This document shows positions 10,636-24,100 of a stretch of DNA of 64,000 nt, piece by piece. The notes under the pieces are model-generated. The model ran no database searches, was not told the origin of the DNA, and saw only the letters and a list, made by a program, of their open reading frames with translations. Numbering within the stretch: the first letter of the stretch is position 1; the number at the start of each line of letters is the position of its first letter. The stretch lies in the NCBI RefSeq assembly GCF_003704095.1, contig NW_020843601.1, positions 124,001 through 188,000 on the forward strand, written 5' to 3'. This DNA comes from Pocillopora damicornis. Taxonomy: Eukaryota. The position numbers were made by a program, and so were the translations under genes.

Positions 10636-13600
10636 ATCCTCTGTATTTCGTTTTTTCTACTGGTATTCATGAAACGGTAAGCCACCCATCAGATTTGAGA
10701 CAAACACAACTACTCTTTTTTCTCGGTGTTTTGTTTGGGCCATGTACAGTGAAGAAGAGTGAGTCACACTAGTCATTAATATGTCACATGATATATCATC
10801 ACTAATCACGCGATGAAAAATCTGTCAACAAACAATTGTTATGATAAACAATCAGTGAAAACAAAAGAGGTGATTCTACGCGAACCGTAAATGCCTGACT
10901 CAATAAAAAAAAAATTCATACATTTCTCAAATTCAAGTAATCTGACTCTCTGTTTACTCTGTAAATTTACTTTTATATGTTAAGGGATTTTAAAATAACC
11001 TCGAAGTTCAGTTTTATCTGATATAGCAGATAAAGCACGAAAGATAATTAGAGAACTTTATTGACATGCTTGCTAAAAGAAAACAAGGGAACTTTTCTGA
11101 TATACTCATCTTTCGGTCGAATCTCTGCTATTTCCCTCTTTGCCACTGTTTTTTGTTAATGTAGATATATGTATGTATTTTTTTTTTATTATTATTATTT
11201 TTTTTTTTTACCTTTCCTCTACATTACATGTGGTACGATTGATAGTTTTATGAACCATGCATATGAAATGGAGGAGAAAATTTTCTACTATTGAGCGAAG
11301 ATAAGTAATGAGTACAATTAAAAATTTCCGTCTCCATGTTCAAGCATTTTCGTTATTTACTTTTTAGGAAAACAAATTGAGAAAACTGTGGCAGATATTT
11401 ATATCACACTTTCTCTCGCTCCAAGAAAATAATGCTTCTTCACGCGCGCGTTCTCGTCTTCTAACGGAACAAACCTCGGTCTTTAGCTCTTTTTCTTACG
11501 AGAATCTAAAGGTCCTCAACGATACCTTGGACTGGTCGATGCTTGTCACGCATAACATTCTTACTATCAGATTGTACTGACATGTTACGTTTAAATGGAA
11601 ATCAGATAATTTACGAGAAGCTACACAAAGAATTTCGTCTCTGAAAAAAATCTCTGTCTTGAAAAGCATCAACCCTTAAGTTAACTCTTACCTTCAGTGA
11701 AACGCATCAATTTTAGCCTTTGGTGACTCCTTGCGACACAACGCGCAGAGTAAGAATAAGCTTTAAGGTGTTCGTGCCCTGATACAGGCGAACTTTGTCC
11801 CATCACTCTTTGGGGTAAAAGTATCTGTATGCGTGGCACCTGACAGACAGTAGGCAACCTGTTGAAAAAGATTAAACCAAGTAAGCTCTGAGCTATTCGG
11901 TTGATCAGTCGTCCAAGGAGAAACTGACAAATCGTCTCCTAGGTACATGAGATAAATCAAAGAGGAACAAACACTCAAAGCTAATACACACTGCCTTTTG
12001 GTTTGTTATCTCTGAAAAGGATTCATTCATACTATGGAGTTGAATCAGGTGGAGGTTGCACCATTGCAACTTAAAAACAAATATTTTTGGGGGTCCTTTG
12101 TGAATCAGGGAGATCTTTCACCGACCCAAGTGGCTGTCAATATTACAAAAAAAGACGATTGAGTGAGGTTAAGAAGGCTAGCGCTTTTTTGTAACAATCC
12201 TTGAAAATTGGACTCTTGCCTTCCGACCAAGGTTTGTAAATTTACGTCGCGATATTCAATAACTAATTATTTGAAGATAATGGGAACATATCACTCCTAA
12301 GATAGAGATGGAAAAAGCAATTTGAGCAGTGTAAAAGCTCCACCTTTCGGAAGTCCCGCAGGAAATGAGAAACTTGTGTGAATTGAAAGTTAACGTTCCC
12401 TTTTTTTTTTGGAACGGACTCTGGGCCGCGGGGGGCAATGTCTTCTTTCATGCGTTGGCAAGCTTATTGTTAATGGCCATTATAATGTCTGATACATTTC
12501 GAGGTTGTGACCCAAAGAGTTGGAAATTAAGGAGCAAAGGAGGAATACAAAATAGTACGTGCTCACGAAAACGAGAGCAAAAATATTTTTGTCAAGTGTC
12601 GCCTTCGTGACCATCACAATGACGTTTGATTCCAAATTCTGTCTATCAGAGAACTGAAAATGAAAGCACAAAAGATCCCATGTGAAAAATCATACACAGA
12701 TCAATCACTCCTCACAAGTTAGGTCATCAAAGCTAAACCTGATGTTTTCAATAAAAAAAGGGAGCGGAAGTCAATGGCGGAGTTGTTTTCCGCAGAACCA
12801 TTTTTTATTACGTACTCATTTTTACACACCAAACAAAAATCCGTTTTTAACTCTATTCATGTTATGTGATCTAAGTCTTTCCGGTAAAATTTTACTCATC
12901 CTTCTCCTTTAGTTACTTACAGCGACGTTACGTGATCAATCGAGCTGTAATTCAACTTTTGGGCACGCAACAATTTTAGAGGGCAGCTGCCCGTGAGCTA
13001 TCGATCGAAATTTCTCCTCAAAAACGAGACCAAGTAGCAGCTCACTCAAAGGAAAGTCTTTCCACGTAGCAGAATCAATATTCGAGTGAATGTGTAATGC
13101 GGAATTATTCTATTTGTTTTAAAAAGGGGAGTTACAGCAAGATAGTCTCTGAGCCTTTCAAGTGAGAGCCATGTTTATGTCGCCTAAACAAGACAGAGGT
13201 GCTCCTTTAATTATTTGATGATCTATGTTTGGACTGCTCAATTAGGCCAACTGAGAAGGATAGCAACAGTTGAAACGACCTTGAGTCTTGTATTCCAAGT
13301 TCCAGATGAAATGTTCGGCCGAAAGTGATCTTCTGTGTTTAGAGAGAAGAAAAAGTTGGCACAAGAGGACATGATCATGTTACTACTCTTGTTATTAAGA
13401 TTGAGTGACTGATTGATTTTGTTCGGTAGACTGATTTCTGGATTGTTTGGTTCATTTCATAATCTATCATCGGTTTCTTTGCTTATCTATTCATCGATTT
13501 ATTCCATTGAATTGAATTGTTAATTGTTTGATTGATCGCTTGGTTGACTGATTGATTCATCAATTGTTTACCGACTTTTATTGGTTGATTTATACCAACA

Positions 13601-15370
13601 TTGTTCAGTCATCCCATATTTTTACCATTTTCTCATTCATTTTTACTTTGAAGAGCTACAAATGGGGCAACCTCATCATGTTCCGTTAGTTGCTTCCTGA
13701 AAACATTTAAGATGTCTTGTCCACGATCACGACAAAGTGGACACAAAAACCGGCGTTCCTGCATAATTATTGTTAAATAACATAAAAATTAGCAAACTTA
13801 TTTTGAAGACAGAAAAGTATGGAAAATGACGATTATATATTGAAACCATAGAAAGAGGTCTGGGGTTCCATAATCTTAACCTGGAAAGTAGAAACTTTGC
13901 TTTGGGTATCTTAATTTGCAACATTTTTCTCAGCCAAAACCAGTAGAGGATAAACTTTATTCTCCCTTGTCAGAACCTTTTCATGGCACAATTGGATAAT
14001 TTTCATTTTTCACCCGGCAAACCTTTGCCAACCCTTGGGTTTGTAGAAAGGAATAGTTGCGAACACTGGCACCAGTCAACGAGTGAGAACATTCAACAGC
14101 AACGAAAGAAAACCCATTCTTGTTTTCTTTTGACTTGGATTATTTATTACTGCAGCAAATTTACAATCAATGTTTAAATTCAATTTACACAATATTTATC
14201 TACGAAAACAATGAAGAGATTTCTTAAACTTGTCAAGACTGATACATTGCCATTCTCTTGGTATGCGTTGCGATAGGTATATTTTGAGCTTATATGCCTT
14301 GAAGAGCATGTTTATAAGGATTAATATACAAACATGACTAAGTGGCTTGTCACTATGGTCGGCGAGAAATCAAAAAAAAGAAAACCAACTTTTTATCTAC
14401 ACTTTACAAATACCTGGTTGTCCCAGTATGATACAGTCGTATAATGTGTTTTTGTAAACTAATAGTTACAAGTTCATGTCTCGCTAATTACTGTAAAATG
14501 AAAAACTACCCCGAAATGCCAAATAAAAAAGAAAAAATTATAGCGTAATCGAAGTCGTGTTGTCACTACACAAAGTGTTACCGAAGTATTGAACATGCTA
14601 CTTGAACCAGATCACTGAGAGATACGGACTCAGCTTGGTCGTTTGCTCAGTTATTAGCCTGAAAATTGGAAAAAAAAAGAGTAGAATTAATAACATCAAA
14701 ATAGCTCAAGTTAGTTAGGTTTGATATGTAATATTTGGGCTTTTTATTGCGCTTTTGATTAACATGCGAACTGTGAGATTCAGAGCAAAACTTACGATTT
14801 CCTCTTGTGTTATCGTAAATTATTGTACGAGCGGCCATTTTGTAACTGCGAAACACGAAATGGAGCGAGATCCTTTAATTTCAGTCAAGCAAGGAAAATG
14901 ACTTTTTAAAGCCCGCTTAAACAGCGCGCATGCCTCTTCAAAGGTCTGCAACATTGCTCAGGGTTAGGGTTAGTAAATTCAATGTAACGTAAACTTCATT
15001 TTCAATTATTCATCAATAATTTCATCACTCGCATGTTAATGAATGCTCATCGTGATTGATGAAAAATTATCAGAGATGCAAAATGCCAGCAGACACTAAC
15101 TTTAAGTGCGGTCCTCTCCTAATCGGCTCCAAAGGTTGGTTATCCTTATTTACAGTCTTAAGATGGCAAAAGCGATCATGTCTGTTCTCATGCCAAACAC
15201 TCTCAGCCACAAAGACGGAGCATTCCAAGATGGTTGGTTAGTTTCCCTGATAGATCTGCGGCACCATTTATACTCTTGAGTGTGAATTTGTGAGAGCACC
15301 GTATCCTACCCAAAATTAATCTTAAAACATACACTGAAGTGATAGCTTAAATGGGTAACAGAACTTACCA

Positions 15371-16515
15371 TTACGTAACTGTTAAACGAAATGGTTGGCT
15401 AACTATGTCTACTCCTGCAATGTCCGCATCGCAGCCATAAACGAAGTTTCCATCCGATCGCTGCACATCCGTTAGAGTGAATTCCAGCTTGCACCCGGTT
15501 GAACTGATGGTTCCAGAATAACTAATCCGACCTCTGAGACTCTTCGGAAGCCTCTTATTGATAAACAAAGAAAGGATGCCCTTTGTAACGGTTATGTATT
15601 TGTTGGTTACGTGGCCGCTGTCAACTGTCCCCCAGACAAACTCATTAAACTCGGTCCAATCCTGTCTGTTTCCAAATTTAAATTTCCAGACAAACGTCAC
15701 TGAATCATTCACAGCAACATTGACATTGACTGGAGGTGTGGCAGTAAACCGTGTGTTAGAATGGACTGAAAGAAAGAAACAGATGATTTTCAAAGACTGT
15801 AAATATAAAAAAGTATTCCAAAACTACCCAGTTGGGCTACAGTATCCACTCTGAGTATCACTCTAACGTACTTTCACGTACTCTTCTTGCATAACCAGTG
15901 CCATCATTCTTAAAATGCACTGTGCAGTGATCAACAGAGGTGTCACCTGCGAAAACTCAAATTTTAGTGACAACTAGTGGTTTTTTCTTTCTATCCGGGT
16001 CTTCAAGGATGTTTTAAGCATGTGAAACTGGTCAACATGTAGACGTTTGGATGTCAGTTCCTTCGAATTTCACTACAGGAGAAGTTAGTAGACAATAAAC
16101 TTTTCTGTTATCTGCTGATCTCTAAATCTTGCTATTAGATCTAAGCTGTCGAGACCCAATCAGGTCTGAAAAGCTCCCCACTCTCAGTCCCTACTTTATC
16201 ATGATGAGTCATGCGTGATAGTTTTCAGAAGTGTTTCATTTATTATGGTCAGCCCCTTTATACCTCAGCTGCCTCTGCAACCGTTGCAATGTAGCTGATA
16301 TTGGCGAACTTCATTGGCAGCTGTTTTCTCATCCATCTCATCACGTATTGTGGAATAAACATGTTTTCTTTTACGTAAAATCCCCGTAGAAACTTCGTTT
16401 TATTTCAACAGCCCAAAACAAAAAACAAAACAGTATATAAGGAAAACTTACCGCCGTAGACAAGGCCAAAGGTAGAACAAAGCAGAAGAACAGAGGCTCC
16501 CAGTGTAAACGACAT
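15371..16515 (-). CDS. Secreted single V-type Ig-domain protein (about 152 aa), paralogue of the V domain at 8415-8807. Coding exons 16515-16452 and 15765-15371
   Basis: Signal exon MSFTLGASVLLLCSTFGLVYG + G|GTAAGT (phase 1); acceptor CTTTCTTTCAG|TC at 15765. The domain aligns by eye with gene 1 (TFxW..FG..DWT.F...WG..NK..TV..P.S..R..GT.S..C.L.F.L...D...YGC...S.P.RL.V). Stop TAA lies 2 nt before a GTAAGT donor; probable 3'UTR exon from 14658 with AATAAA at 14143-14148. Confidence 0.8.
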
Positions 16516-17499
16516 CTTTGTGAAAGTTTTTCAAATCTCTGAAAAATAAAAAGGAAACGAAATTAATTAGATGAGTTTCTGAACTTTCTTAAATTGATAA
16601 AAGTAAAGATCAATACTTGAACGTTCATTGGTCCAAACCCATAAATTTGGGTGGCTACTAATTTTGTCTATGACAAAGACATCATGCATGCCACTTCAGA
16701 CCACGCACCAAACATTTTGTACTTTGAACCCGCGTCACATTTTATACTTTGAACCCTCTGTGTTTGCATTTCAAACAGAAATAATTTTAATCGTCTTTTA
16801 ATAGCAGACGGTCGCCTTTTGGATCACTTCACTCGCTTGTATCGAGGATGATGGTAGCCAGTAGTACTCTTCGAAATGGAAGGATGTTCAAGACACTGGA
16901 AAGTGTATACGGGAAATTAGTTTTGAAAATCGTGCTTGGAGATGCACGAGAATAACACTGTCTAATGCAACAGGAACCTTACTCAGAGAAGGAAAATGGG
17001 TTGCATTAGGTGGAGCTCATAAAAGGACTTCATAAAAATCATTCTGCTGAAAAGGAATGGAAAATTCTCGAGCGAGATATTCTATGATGGAACTTAGAAC
17101 CTCGCTTAAAGTTTTGAGTACGGCAGGTACATAATTTATGCTCGTACCTTTATTGTGCATTTTTCATACATAGGAATCGTCTTGAGAGAGAAATATAGAA
17201 ACAATTTTTCATATTTGACAACTTTCGATAATCACCCCGCGTCTCTTAAGAATAATACTGTTTTTTTTCATTTGTTTACTAACATAAGTACGCACATGCA
17301 GTCAAGTCAGCCAAGTTGTTAGGGAAAAAAGATCTCTGACAGACGGGCGATGATTTTAAATCAATGATTTCGAATAGAAGTTAAATAAGCCTTTCTCAGT
17401 CATACATTCAGTGTAGTTGGTGAAGATCTTTCAAACATTATCAGGGTATGAATTGGTCCTCGTTTATGGGTGACCTCAATTACACAATAGACCTTGTGC

Positions 17500-20200
17500 C
17501 AAAAGATTGTAGCGGCGATATTCCCTGCTTTTACTCTCAAATGACTGCATCAACACTTAACTCTGGCCGCTCTAATACACGGTCATAAATTAATGTGTAT
17601 GATTGCTTACTGGTAGTTATATTCTTAGTCAAATTCCAACCGCTACCTTTATTCTCTTGTAGATTACTGTGTGCGTCATCACAAAATATTTTAAAGATTT
17701 GAAAGTCTGGGCACTGTACCAAGGTTAGTCAAAGCACTCTATCTTTTACAAGCAAAGTCAATTGACTCTTATATGGTTACATTTCGTTCTACGAGTTGTC
17801 ATGGAATCTATTAAGTAAGGAGCGTAAGGTCGAAGTATTTTTAGGCTCAAATGAGGTTTCAAGAGGTTAATCACAGAGAATTACAGTTTATTGAATTAAG
17901 ACATCTATCCTAATACCTTTGAATGTTTGATTGCCACTAAAAATGAAACATTCACTTGGTATTTTGTTTGTTTGTGTTTTTTCTTCTGTTTTATGCCATG
18001 TTGATTTACTTTTCCATAGGTTCTGTTTTTGTTTGGTTTTTTCCTCGATTAATTTCAATAATTCTTGATATTTCAAGTGTATGCATTGTTAAAAATGTTT
18101 TGGTCTCAGTCGTTGACGTGAAATTTGTTCTTGTCTCGTACGTTAGTGATGTCGTTTCGCCGTTTATGACATTTACGAAACGATGACTTCATTAATGTAT
18201 CATATTTGCATTATCTTTGTGGTGAAAGCCTATATCGCTGTTTCAGATTTACCGATTTTCTTGAATGGCGAATGGATATTGTTGCTGTCGTATTCCTTCA
18301 AATATTGTGGTTTTGACCACAACTCAGGTTAAAACACATAATCAGAGGAAAACTCCAGTAATTTGACAGAAAAGTAAACACTCTTATTATCCATTGAAAA
18401 TACATTTGTTAATTCATTTCTTACTGAGCTTGGACATGTGTATTACATAACTCGGATGTTTCATCTTTTCCTTAGCCAACACACAGGTTTATTTGCCCTC
18501 TAGAAACCTCTCATCAGATTAAATCGGACAACATTGTAATGCTATACAGCGAGAAATGCATAGAATAAAAATGTATGGTTGCAGATAGCAACGAGATTCG
18601 AACTCAAGGTATTTATTTCCTTAATTGAATAAAAGTTCGTTCAACCTTTCTCCTTATTTAAAGAGAAGCGAATACCTCAATAAGCGAAGATAGTGAATTA
18701 CAACATTTCAAAACGATGTGAACCTAGGACAGATAATTCTCCAACTTTTGGAAAAAAAAACAAAGCAAAATATGGAAATGAAAAAATACAAAAAAAGGCA
18801 AGATAAGGCCCCTACTCATAGCCTTGGGTACCATTCTCCCCCTTCCGCACATTCCCCCCCCCCCCCTCCCAATCTGGAATCTTAATTTCATCGCGGAAGA
18901 TTTTTTTATTCCGGTGTTTTGTGTTAAATGCTGAGATTAACGAACGAAACGTGACTGAAATCCACCGTGGGCAAGTGACACTTCGTTTTACTGTCAGCAG
19001 CAATGCCGGAGACTCCTTAGGGTCACTTACGGCATGTAGCATCAACAATTAAAAATGCGGGTGGTCCACCATTTGAATCCCACAGGATTTTAATCACCGG
19101 ATACTTCCTCGACACGAGATCCTGACTGACCACATTTTGATCGTTGCTCACGGCTGTATCTATTTCATTTCTTGTATTTCTTGCCCTTTTCACATGGAAT
19201 TTTGTTGTTGTATTCCTTACTGACTCAATACTACTCAGCAGTATGAAGGCTATTTATTTTGGCTCAGTATCATTTTCCGTTAAGCTTGTTGTTTTGTCTT
19301 TGTCGACATTTAACATTATCAATCTTGCCTGGTGGTCGTTCTGAATTGCAAGGAATGGCTGAAGACTCTTCTGAGACAAGCCATTTAACTCTTCCTATAC
19401 AAACCATGTTTCCTTTTGCGCTTCGTCTGAAAATGCGTTTTACTGTTGTTTCGAAAGTTGTTTTGAATTTTATCGTTCAAATACAGCTATTTTTGGACGA
19501 CATGACATTGACCTATAAGTATCTTAGAGCGAAACATTGTTTGCAAGATATGTTGCTAAAATGATACATTTCGCAATTTGTTTCGGCATGTATGTATCGA
19601 ATTCCCTTGAAGCACATTTGGAGCGACCGGATGTAGAGAGAACGAAAGGAATAAAGTGCTTAGAGTCCTCCATAAGGCTAACGGTCATCAACTTTAGTTA
19701 CAGAACAAAGTTTGATAAATTTTTGCTCCGAAGAGTTTACTATCAAGGCTTGATCTGAAAGAGACAAAATCTCTATTGTTCTCGTTCCGTTGTTGTTTGG
19801 GCAGCGCGCGAACGAACACGCGCACGCTCATAATATGTTATATGTAGTATATATTTTTACAATCTTCAACAAAGACTTTATTTCTCGTGCGTGGCTAATC
19901 CTCAAAACTCCACAAAATATGTCCAAAGGCTGTAGTATAAGGTGCTCCATAGGAAACTGAGGATTGAGATTTCTTGATAAAAAAAATCGGAGAATATTCG
20001 AGGACGGAACAAATTCCTCCGAAGGAAACTGATCGCTCTGATTGTTCTTCTCGACTTTCCGTCGAGCTTTTATCATTACAGGTAGCAGTTGTCAAAGCAC
20101 AGGATTCATTCAGCTGTTCAAAACGCAGGTCGTCTTTCAGGACGAAAACAAAGGAGATAGTTGTGTTCGCTTAATGTACGTAATGTGATCGCCGAGGACG
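17500..20200 (-). mobile_element. Heavily decayed, internally deleted L1/Tx1-like LINE
   Basis: Colinear minus-strand remnants read by eye: ORF1-like LDGKSRR..N...ILRFFLSRNL (about 20.0 kb) and SFRSLYIRSLQMCFKG (about 19.6 kb); endonuclease-like DHQARLIMLNV...LTEND.EP and KILWDSNG (19.1-19.35 kb); C-terminal LKYQELLKLI and a zinc-knuckle-like FACKR.SALTNL/LVQC (17.7-18.1 kb). No RT core seen. Confidence 0.4.
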
Positions 20201-20480
20201 TAGGGATTTTTTTTGCCCTTATCTGACATTAAGGCCATAATTCTAATGGAATAATGGGAAAAAAAGACGACCTTTACATAACTTGGATATGTTCCATTCA
20301 CGAAAGAAAAGAGAAATAGTTTTACGATGAAAGTGCTATTCATTGGCATCTAAAAAATATCTGGCCTGTCTCAGACACACTTCTTATCTCTCATGGTCTT
20401 TGCAAGAAATATACCGCGGTGATAATTTTTTCCTTTTTACTTTTAAAAAGACTAAGAAGCTACATACAATTCGTTTTTAA

Positions 20481-21140
20481 GCGTACTTTCGCTCTCGTGG
20501 ATCATGTACTCTATAGTTTAACCAAAGACTAAAGAAGCAGCCCTAGATTAAATTATTGCATTGCTTTGTTGTGCGTGAGGTTATCCATGTGGGAGTATCC
20601 GGAGGCGTGGACAATAATCACGCAACGAATGTACTTGAATAACAAAGATAAACAGAATTACGATCAGATTGACTCATGCCGCAAATGCAAAATTATAAAT
20701 TAAAGGTGTTTGTAGGTAAGAGAATCTACCTTTTCGAATTTCCTTTGCATTTAGACAAATAAAAAGAAGAACTAAAACGGCAACCGGCGATAAATTCTAA
20801 TTTTCTCTTCGATGAAATAACGAAGGCCAAGAAACTCTTTTAATACGTTTCCACGCGTACTTTTGTTCTCGTGGACAATGTTCTCTAAAGCTAGACTAAA
20901 GACTAAAGCAACCGCCGTAGTTGAAGTCATTGCGTTGGTGTTGTTGTGCGTGAGGTAAGCCGTGTGGGAGGAACCGGGGGCGGGGACAGAATTTAATAAC
21001 GCAACGAGTCCATTTGAATTACGCAGATACACAGAATGACAGTCAGAATTAGTTCATACCACAAATTCAAGCTGTTAAAGGTCTTTAAATGTACTAATAT
21101 CTCTGTTTTTCAATTTTCTTTGTGTTAAGACAAGTTTAGG
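20481..21140. repeat. Diverged tandem duplication, period about 375 bp
   Basis: gcgtacttt.g.tctcgtgga...aaagactaaag...ttgttgtgcgtgagg...gtgggag...cgcaacga...acagaat begins at 20481 and 20855. Confidence 0.85.
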
Positions 21141-24100
21141 GGAGAAATAAATTGGCAATATACTCGATAAATACTCAAGAGCGTCATCTCAGAAACTCTT
21201 TCCACTCGCCGAAAAGCTCTCGCTGTAAAGCATCGTTAAAAGTACAAGTCAAAAGGCAGGCATATCATCGGCAATGTGCATAGACACCTTTACGAGTTCC
21301 TTCAGAATCGTGAATTCATATTGGTTTGTAATGCACCGAGATCCAAAGATGACATGTTGCTAAGGAGTGAATCTCTCGCTACGTTGTAAACGGTTTTATG
21401 GTACGAATCAGTCTAGGAGAAGCGTAAAAGCCCCGCTTAAGCCAAAATTCAGTTTTAAAGTGATGGAATTTGAAGTCAGTAAGAGCTCACGTAATCATAA
21501 AGCTTTCTTGCTTCGACGTCAACAGCTGGTACACTCAAGTGCGACTTCCCTTTTAGATGATCAATAATCAAGACATGCTAGACAGTTAGTACATTTCTAC
21601 TTGTTTCTTTTAGGTACATCCTATGTTTTCATAGATAACATTGCACAGAATTGTAGTCTGGAGACAAGGTGTGTTCTGTTGAGCGTGATTCAAGATGATG
21701 TGGGAGGTGTTGGGGGCGGGGTCGACTCAGCTAGATTAATAGAACGTTTTCATTGTGCTTGTCACACACCTTTGAGTAATCAAAAAATGTAACCCTTGCA
21801 ATTATTTAATCAGATTAGATTTGTGGTGTACATTCAGGTCTGGTAATCACGCGGATTTTCATTTCCCCTTATCTTTTCTGCCTGCATTTATCGGTGCATA
21901 TGTGGCAGTTCGAAGCAATTAATTTGTGACATGAAATGGGACATTTTGAAATGTCGAATGAGTTTGAACACAAATCAGTTATTCAAAGCTCTTTATGTAG
22001 AAACTATTGCAAAAAATGACTTGAGGTAGTCCATGAGTTGAGGAATGATTACATCGATTTAGCCCACAAAATTTGCTATTTTTGCATTGCACTGCAATCA
22101 TCTATTTGAACTTGCTTGTCGATACTTTGCCAAGGTTATACGTAGATGAGTCATGAACTTCTAAACCTAGCAGACGAACGTGGCGGATAAACAACCATTG
22201 CATCCGGCAGGAGAACGAAGAGTGAAAACTTTCTGAATGAAAAGGGGATACCTACTCATCCTACATTGTTGAAAAGACTGTAGAATGGAAGTCATAACTA
22301 CTTGTATTCAAACCTGAACAGTGAAGCGTTAGTTTTGTAATTTTTATCGAATTTTTTTTTTTTGCCTTTTTGATCATTTATTCTGGAACATTCGGCGCCT
22401 TCATCGAAAAACTCGCATAACAATTGAGCTCAGAAAGCCGGTCATAATGACTCGTCAGAAATCCAATTATCATACTTATGCTTTCATACTTTTATGCTTT
22501 TCGAGGGGTGAATCAACACTTTCACCGTGGGGTTAATGTTTTGAGCCACCGGAATACTGTTGAAATTCGAAACTTTTTTACAGCGCGCTCGCTGGGAAAG
22601 ATGCCAATGTCAGCCTTTTAGAGGTCTTGGAATGGAGCTCGGTGAATTTTTGTTGAATATGTCTGCAATGTCTGTTTTTATGTAACAACTAGACGTGTGT
22701 ATGATGGAAATGCAGACACGATCTTTCGGGGTTCTGACCACAAGCATATTTCAGGGTCTCTTGCTTTAGTGACATCCCCCAGGCACCTGGTGTATGTTAG
22801 CCATCGAGATAAATGATATTGCCATCAACGTCGCAGTTGTTTTTTCTCTTATTATTATTCCCATTATGGAAAAATGTATCATTTTCTAGTTATTGCGACA
22901 GGATTCTCGGTAGAGACCACTAGCTTTTTGAAAGGCCAGCTTGTAATCCACTTGCTACGTAATATAGTTCAAGTGAAGATTGAAGTGACTCTGATATCAG
23001 CAACATGCTCGATTACTACAAGAAAAGTTGCGTAATATTTGATGTGGGACATAGTGTTTATTTGCCGTGCCCTTTCTTGTTCGTTCCAGTGCGTGAAAGG
23101 AAATAGATCAAGACAACAAGATCTCTCATTTTGGTCTTGAAAGAATCATGGTTTCGGGATCAACTTTTTTAAATGTCTTGGAGATGATCTTCTTTGTAAT
23201 CAAATTAAATTCTTTGTAAATGGAGTAGGAAATTGCTTTGGTCCAGGCTTAAAAACGGCACTCCCTCACGACGATCGCTGGTTCACAACTGATACAGACA
23301 AATACCCATTTATTTTCAAAGTTTAGGAAACTGTAGAACCGGATGGATTGAAACTCCCACACATCTTGTTTGGTCGACACATACGAGCTTGCACGAAGTC
23401 CTAACAAGTTTTAACATACTCTTTTCAAAGAGTGAGGTTTTCGAGCTCAAATCTACCCAGTTGTACGTCATATAACTGTAATTTTTGCGAGTCAACTTGT
23501 ATCAAAAAATGAAGGATCTCTTTTTCTTAAGCCATGACAATCGCATTTGATTTCTTTCGTGATAATAGATTAAAGTCTACTAAAATCCACGAAATACCTT
23601 TTTTCGTCATCCCTATGTCTGTCTAAAATTGAAACTTTGTTAATTTTGCATCGACTTTTGTTTCAGAGCCAATGGGGATATTGTACATTGACAATAGCTG
23701 GCGTTGTTGTTGTTGTTGCGACTGAATTTAATTGTTCTTTGTAGGAGATTCTGGAGGTGTTGTTCCATTTTATTACAATAATGGTATCACGCTGGTACAG
23801 AAACCTTCGTTTGATGGTTAAAAATTGCCTCGATCTTCTCAAGTTCGAGCCATTACTCAAAACAGCTTCCACGAAAATTTGTGCGCTTTTTTGGGTTAAA
23901 ATCTTATTGTTTTACGAAACTGGGGCACAAAAAGGATAAGGCGTGTGCAACGTGACGGGATCGAAACATGACTGGCTCAGTTGCCACGGAGCTCTGCGTT
24001 AACTTACAAACAAGGGTAGGGAAGAATCTTTTGAAATTAGCGAACGCATACAACAAATAAACTAAACAATTACAAGATTGCTTACCCTCGACGTTAAAAG

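Noticed and set aside
21900-23600. Coding-like composition suggesting a decayed gene or TE
   Set aside because: The frames I read are interrupted and no family motif could be identified by eye.
23743-23820. GDSGG after a plus-strand AG, like a trypsin active-site motif
   Set aside because: No preceding Cys, no following PL.C, an early stop, and no His/Asp motif exons nearby.
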